The position numbers and the translations under genes are program-made. DNA of 64,000 nt from contig OZ037768.1 of assembly GCA_964035545.1 (NCBI GenBank), forward strand, positions 19,203,700 to 19,267,699, in the 5' to 3' direction. Numbering within the stretch: the first letter of the stretch is position 1; every line of letters starts with the position of its first letter. Shown here in pieces: positions 13,151 to 25,985 of the stretch. Below the pieces are notes generated by a model that was given only the letters and a program-made list of their open reading frames with translations, was not told the origin of the DNA and did not search any database. The DNA comes from Bugula neritina (taxonomy: Eukaryota > Animalia > Bryozoa).

Positions 13151-16100
13151 ATAGTAGTAGTAGTAGTAGTACTAGTAGTACTAGTAGTACTAGTAGTAAC
13201 AGTAGAAGTATTCGTAAAATTAGTAAACATACTTTTGGTCATTATAAAATTAACAGCAGTGAAATTCCTCGGTAGCTGTGAAGATTTTTTCAAAAAGGTA
13301 AAGAGAACACCACAAATAGCCTTAAAATCCTGTAAGAGCACTTTGTATTTTATCAGGGAGTGGGTATGAAACTAAACAAGCATACAGGGGAGCTGAAACT
13401 AAAAGGTCAACATCACTGGGAGTGGTTCACAACACATATAGACGCTCTGTTTGACTGCTCTCCAGACTTGGCTATGTCTAAAGATGGAGCCTCTGAGATG
13501 ATAGAAAGAAGTCTTGGCATACAAGGAATAGCTGTGAGTTAACCATTTGTGTATATAGGCGATGCATTCTAGACCGAGGCACTTGGAGTTGTCACTCTTG
13601 ATATTTACTAACAACCACGCAGTTTCATAAAACTATTCTAATGTTGAAGCTTGCAAACACTTGGATATTAGTTTTCACTACCTCCAGTATTAGTCTGATG
13701 TTTAATGCTAATTTAATGAGACATGTGGCTGCTTGTGTCATGTAGAGTCTATGTTCAGAGTTGCCCTACCAATACCTTTCTAAACTGGATATTTTAGGTA
13801 GGCACGCTGATAGGTCAAATTCCAGACTGTGGGTGTATCAAAGAAGGCCCCTTATTCACCTACACACTGTGGAAATCTTTACTAGACTACTGGTTTCGAA
13901 TGGGCTCTGTTGTTACCATAGTTACCCCTCAAATAGATGCAGAACGCCTCTCTGATATTCTACTGATAATGCTCAAAAATAGAGGAGCTGGATTTATGGC
14001 CAGATTGTATATACAAGTAAGTTTTATTATGTTGATTTGGGCAGACAAATAAATCAGCTTAGTAAAAGAATTTTAAAAGTTTAAAAAGCATAATTTCTAA
14101 CATACGTTGTTTATAAACTATACATTTAATCATCGAAGCAACGCTATACAAAGAAATATTAGAATAAGGATAGAATAAGAATATTATACAAGCTTTGTGA
14201 ACAGATGGTTGAGAGCAAAGACTTTGTATCAGTATTGGACAACTCCCAAAGCTCTTGCAGAGATTCAATTTAATGCTGTCCAAATGTTGCTACATCAATT
14301 TCACACATCAAGTTCCAATATCTATTTGAAGCACAAAATAAAAATTAAATCTAACCAAACAGACGAAGGGGGAAAATGTGGTAGAATCTAAAGTATATCA
14401 TTTACTATTCCAAGTGATGTTTGTTTATTAAAACAGGAAAAGTGTGATGGTGATGTTAAATTTGAAAAAATCAAAGCAGTAGCTGTCCGAATTCTAGAAG
14501 CCATGAAAAATTCTCAAACAGGAAAGAAGATGTTCAGCGAAGAGAAGATAGCGTGGGCGGCGATAGAGCTAAAAGTAGCCCTACAGCCGTTCGCTACTAG
14601 CTGCAACTTCATAGGAATGTCTCGAGGCGGCGAGGCTGAGATATACACCACGTCGGCAAAGTTTCACAAAACACATTTCGTTAGCAAGACAAAAGATACG
14701 GTGAACTTTCACAGAATGCAGGTTGTAGAATACGAACAGCTGTACTTAGAGCCCCTCGGCATGCAGTATCTGTCGGACACTGTGAATGGTGGGAGTAGCA
14801 TGGTATCTCACTGGCAAAGCCTGAGCACCATAGGGCCGAGGAGCAGGAGTATGAGGTCACTCAAGTCTAGTAAGTCTCACTGAGTAATCAGTAGAAAAAT
14901 AAAAAACTTGAGCTAAAAGTCGAAGAATTAGGATCCAAGAATAATGAGGAAGTGGCTCATATGGTACCCACTGTAATCAATTTAGTTATAGATAAGCAGT
15001 GTCTTTGTATATATTTTACTGATTTGTAATATTTATACAACACGTGTAATACCGCTAGTCATTCATTAATTTTTTAAATTCCTAGAGCTCTGATGAGTTC
15101 ACTATAGCTTACTAAAGCATATTATCAAACAATCTGCTTCGTGATATTGTGAAACCCACCCTTTGTTTTGATAGAAGCATATCATGCCATGATCTCAGTC
15201 TATTTAGTACAGATCACTATGCAATTTTAGTCTCTTTAACATGACATGAGGCACCGACTCTCTACTTATCAATAAATCTATTTTTCATTCCCAACTTCGA
15301 TATTATAAGCACTTGAGAACTGGAATAATTGCAACTTAAAACAATTGTGAAGTAGCGATAGTAGTGTTAACTTCATGTCCCACTCATAGCCTGCAAGGTT
15401 ACTGGTTGTAGTTGTCTACACAATTTACCTTAATGTAGTTTTTGCCAGAAATGAAATTAAGTGTCTTTAGATCTGTTGCAAAAACACTTAGCTTGCTCTA
15501 CATGAGTCGAAATGAATACAATTGAAAACAAATGATATTTGTCATATATAACCTTACTAGTGATACAGAACCTTGAAATTTCTGACAAAAACCTCAGCAG
15601 ACAGCTACCTCAGATACATAATTTAATTATCTATGAAAGACTCAACAGGACTCGATGACGCTAGGTTAGAGATTATTAGGATAAGATGTCACTTAGTTAG
15701 TACTTACGATCTTCCTGACTCCTTGAGGTGATCTGCGGAACACTTTCTTCTGATCTGATATCTGTATGTTGGAGTGCAGAGTAAACACGGTGGCCCTAAA
15801 TTAACAACACTAATTATAACTTCATAACAGAGCATGCCCAGTATTGACTTCATGTTATTTTTAATAATGTCATTTATTAAGATATTTCTAGAAGTAGCCA
15901 CCGTCTAATGGTTAGAGCACCCTATTAGTAAACACGAGGTCAGTGGTTCGAACCCCAGTAAAGACCATTGGTGATGTTAGGAATGTCCTTTAGTCATAAT
16001 TGCTCCTTTGCCACAATAGAAAACAAGTCCTTAGTCCGCTTTACAAAAAAACCTTTCCATCAGGGGTTCTGCCATGTTTTTATTAAGCTAATTTTATGAA

Positions 16101-19100
16101 TAATATTCACATGACATATTAAAGTTAATATCTACCTGTTAGCACTGAAGTTGGTTGTATCAGCAAGGATTCGTTCTCTCACAACAACTATGTCGTCAAA
16201 ACCAGGCAGGAACACAAGGATAGCTCCAGTACTATCACTGGTCATCATGATGTACCGTAGCAATGTCAACACCAGGTCAACATCAATCTGAAAGTATATC
16301 GTAACATGTGGAAAGATCACTATTTAGCTGCGAGATCTTCAAGTAGAGTTGGAGTAATGCTCTCATGTTTTACATGAAGACAACTCTTAACCAGTAAAAG
16401 TGCAATAAGTTTGAAAGTTGTTGGAAGCTCAACTCAAAAAGCTGGACTGTTATTCAGTGAGTAAAGTTTTTGCTTTTTGCTTGCAGTCAGTTAACATCAC
16501 TACTTTAAATCTATCTGAGTAAAATGATGCCAGGGTAAATGCATGAAGTAAAGTGTAAAACTCTTTGAACATTAACTTCTAATCGGCTTGTTTTTACAGT
16601 ATCCCTTTGGCACCTTGGTATATCGGCAATCATCTCTTTTACACCTGTGCTGCTTAGGATTACTTCCAGAAAAACAAAAATATAAATAAACAATGGCAAC
16701 GATAGAAGTTCATATAGTATATATTTTATAGAATTATGAGGTTTTGTATAGGTGTGAGGCTTATATAATTTGATGAGGAAAATAAGGGAATTTATCTTGT
16801 GGATTCCTTTTAAATTTTCAGCAACTTCAAAATTCTCCTGATCAACACTTAATTTCAACATTCAGTGACATGTTTTAAGAAATTGATAAAATAATCAACA
16901 GTCTTAGAAGCTACAAATATTAATAGCATCACTTTGCCTGTCTATACAAAACAAACAGTGAATGTTACCTTTTCATCATCAAAACTGTGATGATATGCCT
17001 GCAGCAGGATGTTAGCGTCAACGGGTATCTCGTTAGTAGGAAGTTCATCAAAGGTGTTGCTATCCCCGTCATACCTGCAAAGTACAAACATGTTGAGAAG
17101 AAAATCCCATAATAATACAGTTTGAACCCTTAGAGCACAGACTGCTTAGCAGTGTTGAGTCATCCTTATTTGTTACACAAGCAGGCAATTATTGGCACGT
17201 TAGCTTCTTCGTAATATAACATGAAGCAAATAACAACATAACAAGCGTATTGGTGTTAATTCCCTAGCAGGTAGATTTAGCAAATGCAACTAAATTTCAT
17301 AAAGAAAAACTCAATCACCAACATGAAATGTGAATCATTGCACTAATTAGAATAGTGAGGAATAATATTTCCTACAAAAATAGTACAATAACTGAATGGA
17401 GGTAAGCTTTCAAAACTCTACCAACTCATTACTTAATCACCAGATAAGTTTACCACTTCCACAAGTAATCAAGACGCTACCTACATACTCATTACACAAG
17501 ACTAACTGTGGTGCCGGGAAGAAATGAACTCACATGTGGGAGTGTAGAAGCTCCACGCACTCTTCTTGGTGAAAGTGAGATGCGACCTTCAGAGCAGTGC
17601 AGTCTGAGCTGATGGACTTGAAGTGGACGTTGGCTCCCAGATTCAGCAGCTGCTCGGCAGATGCTGTCAGACCTTTAGCACAGGCAGCCATCAGCGGAGT
17701 CATGCCGGTCTTGCTGTCTTGATAGTCAGCTGGAAAAATGAGCGAGAAGGAAACTGTTAGAGAACTACGCGAACATGCTTCCAGAATGTGGGAAGGTAGC
17801 TTACCCCCACCTTGAAATGTAATGTGGCAAAATAAGTCTCAACTAAAATGTGAATGCTTAAATACAATAAGTATTTCTCCTTAGATTTGGCGGCGATGTG
17901 TTTAACAATTTTCAAGAGATACTTTTGTACCCCATTCAACATAACAACTCTTCAGGTGGCGTTATTTGTTATTGGGATTTGTTCTCCCAATCTTATTGTG
18001 TTAATTTTTCATCATTATGCACAACCAATGTGTGAAGTAAAAACCTAAAACTTTTAATTATGGAAACTATTGAACCAGGTTGCCATCCCTTGCACGTTAA
18101 GAGTTGCCATGGTCTAGACTCTAGAGAAAGAGATACTAGAAAATCATGAACTAGCCAAGTAAAGCTAGTTCCATTCACAAGGTGTAGGACAGGAAAACAA
18201 CGTACCGCTGACATTCTCAGACAGAATGTAGTGATATATCTGAGAGAATAGGCTTTCATTTCCTGTCATCCAAATTTCTTTGAGTAGTTTATCCATTTCC
18301 TTAGCTATGACCGGATCCAATGGATCATTCTCAGTCCCCTCCAGCTGTGAATACCAACCAGAATAGTAAATTATGGATGCCAATATACAACAATTAATAG
18401 AATGAAAAACATAAATAATCCAACACCAATCAGTGTTAGTTTTGTCTTTGAAAAAGGCAAACATATCATAGATACAGCTGTATTCCTGTAAATAACTGAG
18501 TTGTGTAAATAGCACAGTATATTTTAGTATGGCACAGACTGTGAGGCAGTATAGTGTATTGTAGTCTTACAGAGTATAGCATGGTAGTTAGTATAGTATA
18601 ATAAACTATAGTATAGTATAAAAACGTAGGTATTTTAGTATAGTATGGTATAGTATAGCATATTACACTATATTATTTAGATCAGATATTCCTCAGTCAC
18701 CAAAGAGGGCACACAACTCTTACACAAATGAAGTATTATGCTAACATAAAATAAACAAAATTACAAATACTAAAATATTTTACAGCAATTAATACAAAAG
18801 GCAAAGTACTGTGACGTGCATACATCGATATCTTCCACATCTCTCTGTATGCCAGCCATTTGCTCGTCATCCATCCTATGCATTATGCCGTGTTCCGTTT
18901 CGTCAGCGTCAGACACCACAGGTAGTCTACCTTGTCCTTGCGCAACTAGAAACCAGATCATTTGATAATTATTTGACTAGCACTGTTTACATCCCTAACT
19001 ATGGAGATATTGAAAATAATTGATAATATCATGTGCCGTTCAAACGAGTCAACCATTTTAATCACACTACATGTTACTTTGAATATGAAGATTATTATTT

Positions 19101-22100
19101 TACTTCTAGCAAAAATTAAAATTATATTTCGTAAATATATTGATTTTGTTAATTTGGAAATTTGTTCCGATAATTTACAATTTTGGTAGCACTCGACTGG
19201 AAAGACGCAACTTTCTGAATTGGAGAAAATTTTTTTTGTCTAGATCTACTCACTCACTACACATTAAACTGTTCGTTTTCCAACTTCATAAACCCTACAA
19301 AATTACTATACAATACAAACCGGGACTTGTAAAATAGTATGTATTGCTTGTTTACAGACAAATGATGATTAAAAATTCATTCAAAGATGATGAATAAAGT
19401 TGCAGCAGAACTAGCTAGGTTCTTTGAATAACCTACTATAAAAGCTAAATAGACAATGTCACCTAAACTTTGTTCTGTGCTTAAAATTAGTTTAAAGTTG
19501 TAGTTTATCAATATTGGGGAAAGGAGATGATTTAAACTACACATGAAACCTCCCTTTACATTCCTACCAACAAGCAGTGACCAATATAAACTTCATATAT
19601 GAGCCATAAATTTATGCAGGGAACTGATAGGGACACTTCTTCAGCCTTGCAAGTTAAAAACAGCAATCGAATTTGTAATATCTAGAATCTAAACACTTCT
19701 ATAGACGATAAAAATTATGAGAAATTTTATGATAGCGATTTTCAGGTAGGCAAATGCTAACTCAAACTAATAAACGTTAGATGAACCTTTTTCTAGCTGC
19801 TGTTTACACTCCGCCATTTTCTTAGACATGTACCCAGTGAGTTTGAGGACATCTTCCAGGTAGAGCTCCTCTACGTCGTGCAATGAGCCAGGCACTGTAA
19901 TAGTTCAAAGAACTGCATTACTCTGCTCAATGGTAACTCTTTCAACACATACATGTAGCAAATCTATAACTGAATCTCACCAAGAAATACAACCAATATA
20001 TTAAGACTTGTTTTTCTGCTCTAGGCATTTATCAAAATGACTAGAATAATAATAATAATAATGCTGTGGAGCACTTTCAGCAGAATTTTACCCCATTCAC
20101 ATTAAAAGTGTATTAGCACAAATGAAATGTTATGCTCAAACCTTTAATAATAATTAGTAAGCACAAATTTTGAAACCTTCAATTAAAAATATGACTATAT
20201 TGCAATACAATATCATTTAATTTAATTGAATCAACTTGCCCCAACCAACAGGAAGTTATAAAAAATTAAAGAACATCTAGCTTTTACAAGACAATGACAA
20301 AACACAAAAACTGTTCATATATGCTGTGCTATATATACTGTCTGATACTTCTATTAGCTCTGATACAAAATTACACAAAATGGTTTATATATTGGCTCCT
20401 GATTTAACCTTATTTTGTTCAAACTCGTTGAAAATACAATTTCACCTAAATAAACACAATATTATTTCATAAAAGAAGAGATGCTATTACTACAGCAAAT
20501 TTTGACATCATAACAGTTGACCAATGAATATCATGTATAAAGTTGAGTTAAGCAGACAAGAAATAGCGACTAGCAAACACCTTGTATTATCGGGCAATGG
20601 TCAAAGTATCTGAGAAAGAGCTCGGTGTTCATAGTTGCACTCATCAGTATAAGCTTCAAGTTCTTATACTTGCTTATGGCCTGTCGCAGGACAATCAATA
20701 GGAAGTCACACAGTCTGTCACGCTCGTGAATCTCGTCCTACAACCAGCAATACTAACCTTAGTATGCCTTCAGACACTGACTCGGTCAGTTTACACAAGT
20801 GTTAACAAATAAAACCAAGTGCATTTGATTCATAAGGATTTTTGTGGTTTGTTTAAATAAAAACATGAAAACATACTATTAATAAGCTAAGGTTTAGCAG
20901 TTATGGCCATTGTAGGAGTATATTTTAGCCTAGTATACTTTTCTAACAGCAAAGAACAAAACATTGTGATAAGCTTCCTCCACGCTTCCAATAACAGACT
21001 TTTTGTGTCATTTTGATTAAATTTTACATATAAAACAGAGTGCTAGAAGGGTCATCTAACTATATCATTTCATGATTACCAACAGTTCTGCTTAAAATTT
21101 AAATTTAACAATGTCATTTTCTAAGAGCAATACTAGAGCCATTTATGAGAATTTAGACAAGTTTTAGAATACATAAGATAATTAGAGGTTTCATAGTCAC
21201 TTGACAAATCAGATGCATTTTTTGAATTATTTAATCCTTCATTTAATTAACCTGAAATACTATTCTTTTAATTTTATGAGGTTTAAATAACCCTATCTAT
21301 ATCAATGTTGTAAAAACTAAAATAACCAGACCATAAAAATTCTTACTAACTACGGCATTGAGAAATACTCCACCATACACTTTAAGAAAATTATTGCAAA
21401 CAATGCTACCCAAACTTCTGAGAGCATGTCTTAATATATACTATTTACATTAAACAATGTCCACACACTGCACTTTAAGAGTAGAATTATCTAGCTTGTT
21501 TACAAATAGGTCCACTGCATCAAGAAGAAATTTTAAATAATTATATTGCACCGATATCAGCCCATGTGAAACAGTGAGTCCATTTTTCACACAACTATCC
21601 CTTTGAAAAAGAGGACAATTAACATGATGTATATATAGAACGTGGCAGCGGACAACTTCTACTCACCACAATGACATGAGTGACAGTAGCCAAGGCATTA
21701 TCAGCAGCAATCAGAGTTCTTAGCAAGACTCCATTGGTGCAGTAAGTAAGGAGGGTTTTAGGAGACACCCTGTAACATGAAGATTAAAGAAGAGGATTAG
21801 CAGGGTTCAAATAAAATTATTAGAATCAGTTTATTAGCAGGTGAGGAGTATTTTCATTAACACCAAAAGCTATGATAACTTAAAATAATGTTCCAAGGAG
21901 CACATGGTGTTCTCCATACATAGCTTTCAAAAGAGTAGGCTATACATTATTTAATGGTATCACAATATGGCATATAAAACAGAGAACTCGGACTGACACA
22001 GCTTCAGAAATGATAACTATAACTTTTCAAATTGATTAGATTAACACTTGAGTTCAGAATAACTTATAACCTTTCGCAAGTCAAAGTGATCTTAATATGA

Positions 22101-24802
22101 GTTCAGCTTTAACAAGAGTTAAATAAAAGTGAATAACCAAAGAAACTGTCAAACCAATTGCAAAGGTGTGACAGCATGAACAGCGTAGAATAATTTAAAA
22201 CTACTTTTCATTAAAAATATTCGGAAAACTTGGATTTTATTACTGAAGCTTAACAAAAAATAAACTTAGTCAGTTCCAAACTTATAAGCGATGGCGTAAA
22301 GTTATAATCTAAAATCATTTATAAAAATAATTTTAAAATATTTATAAGAAACTGTGGGAAATCAATGAGATGCTCATACAAATGTCTATAGGTAAAAACT
22401 TGTAAATAATTGAAGCTGTCCAAGCAATTGGGTAAGCATAAGTAGGAGACACTGCACTTATTGCCTACTACAGTTTAATCATGACTCTGGATTTTATAAC
22501 TTAAAGTTATAAACATGCAAATTGCAGTTAAATAATTACAGAAGGGTAAATTTCAATCAGAGAATCACCCAAGTTTAGTGTGAAGTAAATCACCTGCTCT
22601 CCAGTCTAATCTGATAGCCCACAATCTGTCCAACCTCCTCCCCTCTTTCAGCTGCAACTCTCCCAGCCATAGACAGAGCAGCTATTCGTCTCGGCTGCAC
22701 ACAGATGATTCTACAAGGTAGTCTGGACTCACAACACGAGTCCAGGATCATCTGTGGTACCTGGACAAGCAAAGATTGACCAATAATACACCACCAGCTA
22801 TGCTGTAGATGCTGTTTAGAGCAAGTATAAAATATGCAATAGCTGTCAACCCCTTGAGTTACAAGATTCAGCTTGTCATTACAGCGACAAATGCTACTAG
22901 CAAATGGCAAATACTAGTAGCAAATGGCAACTACTATTCGAAAATGACAAATACTAGTAGCAAATGGCAACTGCTATTCGAAAATGGCGAATGCTGCTAA
23001 AAATGGCAAACTCTACTAGCAAGAAAATAAAAAGCAGTAACACAGATAACTCAGCGGAGAGTTATATCTAAGTGAAAAAAGATACAGTATTGTGTCAAAA
23101 GTAACAATAAATTTTTTGTATCGAGACACAAAGTAGCAGCAGAATAAACTCAGCATAAATTCCTCACCAATTCAGATCAAAACATTTAATTACTTTCAAC
23201 TTCCAGGCACTGAATAGTTGACCCACCTGAGTTGTCTTCCCACAGCCAGTTTCTCCACTGACCAGAACCACCTGATTGTTAGCCACCGTGTGTACAATCT
23301 CTGCTGCCGCACTCAAAACAGGAAGTGGAGGAATGCTGACACCAGACGGACACCTGCGAGGAGGAACCTGCGGCAGCCCATTGTTGAGTTTACCTGTAGT
23401 CATCTTGGTCAGCTCGCCATTTTCTACCAGACAGTGAAATGTTATAAAACCAGGCAGAGAACAAGTCTCCGAGTACACAAGGACTAAGATGCTCGAACTC
23501 ACTCTCTTAGATGGTAATAACCAAGTCATCAAAAGTCAAAAAGAAATGAAAAATACGTATAATGTCATAAATACTTGTAATACAAGTAATGTATCATATC
23601 ATGTGCCAATAAGAGAGGGCAACTCAAAACATTAAAGTAGCATTTGGATTGGTTCGGATTTAGAAGCACGACTGATTTACAGCGTCTCTTGGACAGAAAT
23701 AAATACAACTGAAACAGAACAGATTTAGTAAATCAGCAGAATACTATTTCCTCGCCATATGCAATCCCATACTACAAGCTGCAGCATAAGCTACACAACT
23801 TGGTAAAACTACTAGATCATATAAAGCATGAAAAAAGGCTACAAGGAAACTTCTCTGTAAGGTAACTGTTGGCAGCTAGTCTTACAACTATATTTACTAA
23901 AACATGTATCTATATTTTGTATAGCCAGAAAGAACAACAACACCATTATTATCAGGTACCCTGCGGGTTGGTTGACTTGTGAGCTCGAGGGATGAGATCT
24001 TGTTTCTCCTTGTGAGTCAGTGGACATCTCTGTATCAGGTTCATCATCTGCTGCTGTGAGTTACGAGTCACATCCAATATGGCTGCCTCTGCTAGACCAG
24101 TCGTCTGCTGACGAGTTACAGTCAGATAACGGCTATTGTTCTTTCTACAATTCACATAAGACCACTAACAAATAGGAGTTATAGTAGACTATCAACACAG
24201 AAATTACAGTAAGCCCTCTAAATGTTTAAGTCGTACCAAAAAGATCTTTAAGTCTTTCAAAAACACCAAAATTTTGCACACACTCAAACATGTCTGACAA
24301 AATGCTAGTTTCACAAAGGTTCTGTAAATCATACCATAAAACATTTATTTCCACAACGTGATTACACGGAGTTCAATTCAGGAAAAATATAAATCCCACG
24401 TAAGACATACCCTCTACTCTTAGATTTGAGGTTGTTGGCAGCAGCTAGTCTGTGTATGTAGGCCCGCTCAGTTGACGTTAGAGAAGATGGAAACTCCAGC
24501 TCTACAAGAAGGTTGCACAGAGCATAGAACATATTCACAGCTCAGAGACAACATACAGTATATTGCACAGTATAGGCAGTCGGCTTCCACTCACCATGGT
24601 ATTCGTCAGGGTCAGCATTTCTGAATTTATCAAAAGCCAAGTCAATAGCAATCCTCAGTTCTTCGCTGACGCAGATATCCTGGCCTCGTTTGGGGCCTCT
24701 ACCTGTACTGACACCACTCGAAGCACTGTCACTGGCAGCACTGTGTACACTGCCAACACTGTTTGGCCGTGACAATGGCGAATGTATGACTTGACTCGGC
24801 AT
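354..24802 (-). CDS. YTHDC2: 3'-5' RNA helicase YTHDC2-like (R3H - DEAH helicase with ankyrin insert - HA2/OB - YTH); 3' end runs off the left edge
   Basis: Exons (all GT-AG, phases consistent, 4158 nt): 24595-24802, 24411-24501 (R3[21 protein letters not shown]), 23960-24144, 23227-23423 ([10 protein letters not shown]), 22594-22760 (QPRRIAA..GYQIRLE), 21667-21769, 20581-20737 (DEIHER, MSAT), 19787-19894, 18824-18945, 18206-18344, 17534-17729 (ankyrin, GMTPLMAAC), 16969-17074, 16136-16287 (LVFLPG), 15708-15795, 10420-10583 ([15 protein letters not shown]), 9281-9386, 8418-8537, 7836-8001, 7299-7500, 6570-6746, 5977-6138, 5561-5658, 4626-4843, 4005-4101 ([12 protein letters not shown]), 3429-3554, 2825-2929, 2331-2491, 1732-1883, 354-438 (last three encode YTH). 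Domain order and motifs match YTHDC2. Confidence 0.95.
1030..1175 (-). mobile_element. Possible second tRNA-derived SINE fragment
   Basis: Minus-strand gttcgaaacc B box in a GC-richer intronic patch; single copy in the window. Confidence 0.35.
3700..3965. repeat. Intronic minisatellite, ~31-bp unit
   Basis: About 8 degenerate copies of atacacagaaacaaactgtatacacaataat. Confidence 0.85.
9210..9283 (-). repeat. 32-bp tandem repeat that includes the 5' splice site of YTHDC2 exon 9281-9386
   Basis: catatacc at 9210, 9242 and 9274 with shared gagatcatgcta. Confidence 0.8.
12635..14883 (+). CDS. Nested antisense gene: uncharacterised 363-aa protein with a C-terminal PLD/Nuc-like domain and degenerate HKD motif
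   Basis: Exons 12635-12883, 13357-13533, 13798-14016, 14437-14883, joined by three phase-0 GT-AG introns into one ORF. Probable 5'UTR intron 12212-12568 (GAG|gtaag ... actaac ... cag). Motifs [26 protein letters not shown] and [18 protein letters not shown] resemble the single-HKD PLD fold; the fold is my inference. Confidence 0.8.
13062..13205. repeat. (TAG)n microsatellite
   Basis: Direct reading; lies in an intron of the nested gene. Confidence 0.95.
15891..16075 (+). mobile_element. tRNA-derived SINE, family 1 copy A
   Basis: A-box-like ccgtctaatggttagagc and B box ggttcgaacccc, followed by a body shared with the other copies (ccattggtgatgttaggaa..gtcataattgctcct). Confidence 0.85.
22890..23022. 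repeat. 20-bp minisatellite
   Basis: About 6 degenerate copies of aaatggcaaatactagtagc. Confidence 0.8.
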
Positions 24803-25632
24803 GGTGCTAGTTCTACAAATAAATTGCAATGCGATAATAAAAAATATGAATGGACTCAGGAAGTGCACATGCAACAACATATTTAGGTGCAGTAGTGAAG
24901 AAAAATTGAGATAGCCTAAGACCTAAGTTCTTAAAAATTTTCTATAACTTTTGGTTTGGGGGGATAAAAATTATTGCGAGAGCATAACTTCTATTGCTAC
25001 ATTTCTAATCTAGAGCACAGGCTTTTCTCAATTTTTCTATTGCTGCACCCACCTCTGAAACACAGCATAGAAATTGAAAAATGTGTTACTAAATCAACTG
25101 TAAATTAAATGATAGGATAAAATGCTTGCTGTAATATGTGTTTCAATTGGTATGATAATCTGCTGTGAATTGAAACATATTGTACGTAGTAATTGTTGCC
25201 TGTTGAGTAATTGTTTTTTTATGACTTTAAGATTTTCGGTAGAAAATTTAAAATAGCTTGAACATTAACATATAAAACTAAAACTCAGTAATTACTTGGA
25301 AAAAATCACTTCAAAATTTACCTAACTCTAATAAAAATGATAATATAATAATTAGGTAAAAGTTTTCAACTGTAATCTTCTTGACCAAAAAACCCTTACA
25401 GCTAACTGATGTTAAATAAGTCACTCAAAATTAAAAGATCACCTTTAGCTTAAACTAATCAGATACCAGCAAACAATTGGTATTTAATTAACAGTCTTCA
25501 AATAAGAACATTTGCAGCATTTTGATGAAAAATTAGGAGCGCATTAGTGGTTGTCAGAATATTCAATATATTATGTCTATTATAAACAGACAAAAGCAAA
25601 GAGAAGAGCTGTAGATTAGACTGGCATCTTAC

Positions 25633-25676
25633 CTTGTGGTAAAAAAATTTATGCTGCTTCCATGATCCACAAAAAC
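25633..25676 (-). other. Probable 5'UTR exon of YTHDC2 containing a 4-codon uORF (MEAA*)
   Basis: Acceptor ctaatattgtag| and donor CAAG|gtaag on the minus strand; ATG at 25663, TAA ending at 25649. A further upstream donor (AAG|gtttgc) at 27053 may end the first exon. Confidence 0.55.
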
Positions 25677-25831
25677 CTACAATATTAGAGATTACTATTT
25701 ATTGATCAGTATTCCAAAATGAGGTTAAAAGAATGAATATCCGGCAATTGTATTTTTAGCGCAAATATTCGAAACTCATGTTTCACCACGCCATGATGAT
25801 AATTAACGAACATCATGATTGCATATAGAAA

Positions 25832-25985
25832 GGGAGTAGCAATATGTCCTTGCTAAAGGTGCTGGCTTAGCATAAAACCTTTAAATTCATGCTAGTAGAT
25901 GAAACCCCAATTAGGAAGAATGCTGATGTGAGAAAGGACACAAGATCATAACTGCTCCTGCATTAGATTCGAAACCCCTGAGAAA
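25832..25985 (+). mobile_element. Old degenerate copy of SINE family 1
   Basis: gggagtagc head and tgatgtgagaaaggacacaagatcataactgctcctg resemble the family's central domain. Confidence 0.45.

Noticed and set aside
13084-13369. Poly-Ser/Thr/Val ORFs
   Set aside because: (TAG)n microsatellite in an intron.
13761-13955. [13 protein letters not shown].. as exon 3 of the nested gene
   Set aside because: Wrong frame; the frame starting at 13798 stays open to the donor at 14016 and keeps phase.
15085-15110. ctgatgag as a hammerhead core
   Set aside because: No GAAA box after a stem II; only a short hairpin.
15891-15960. tRNA gene
   Set aside because: No complete cloverleaf; continues into a SINE body shared with TSD-flanked copies.
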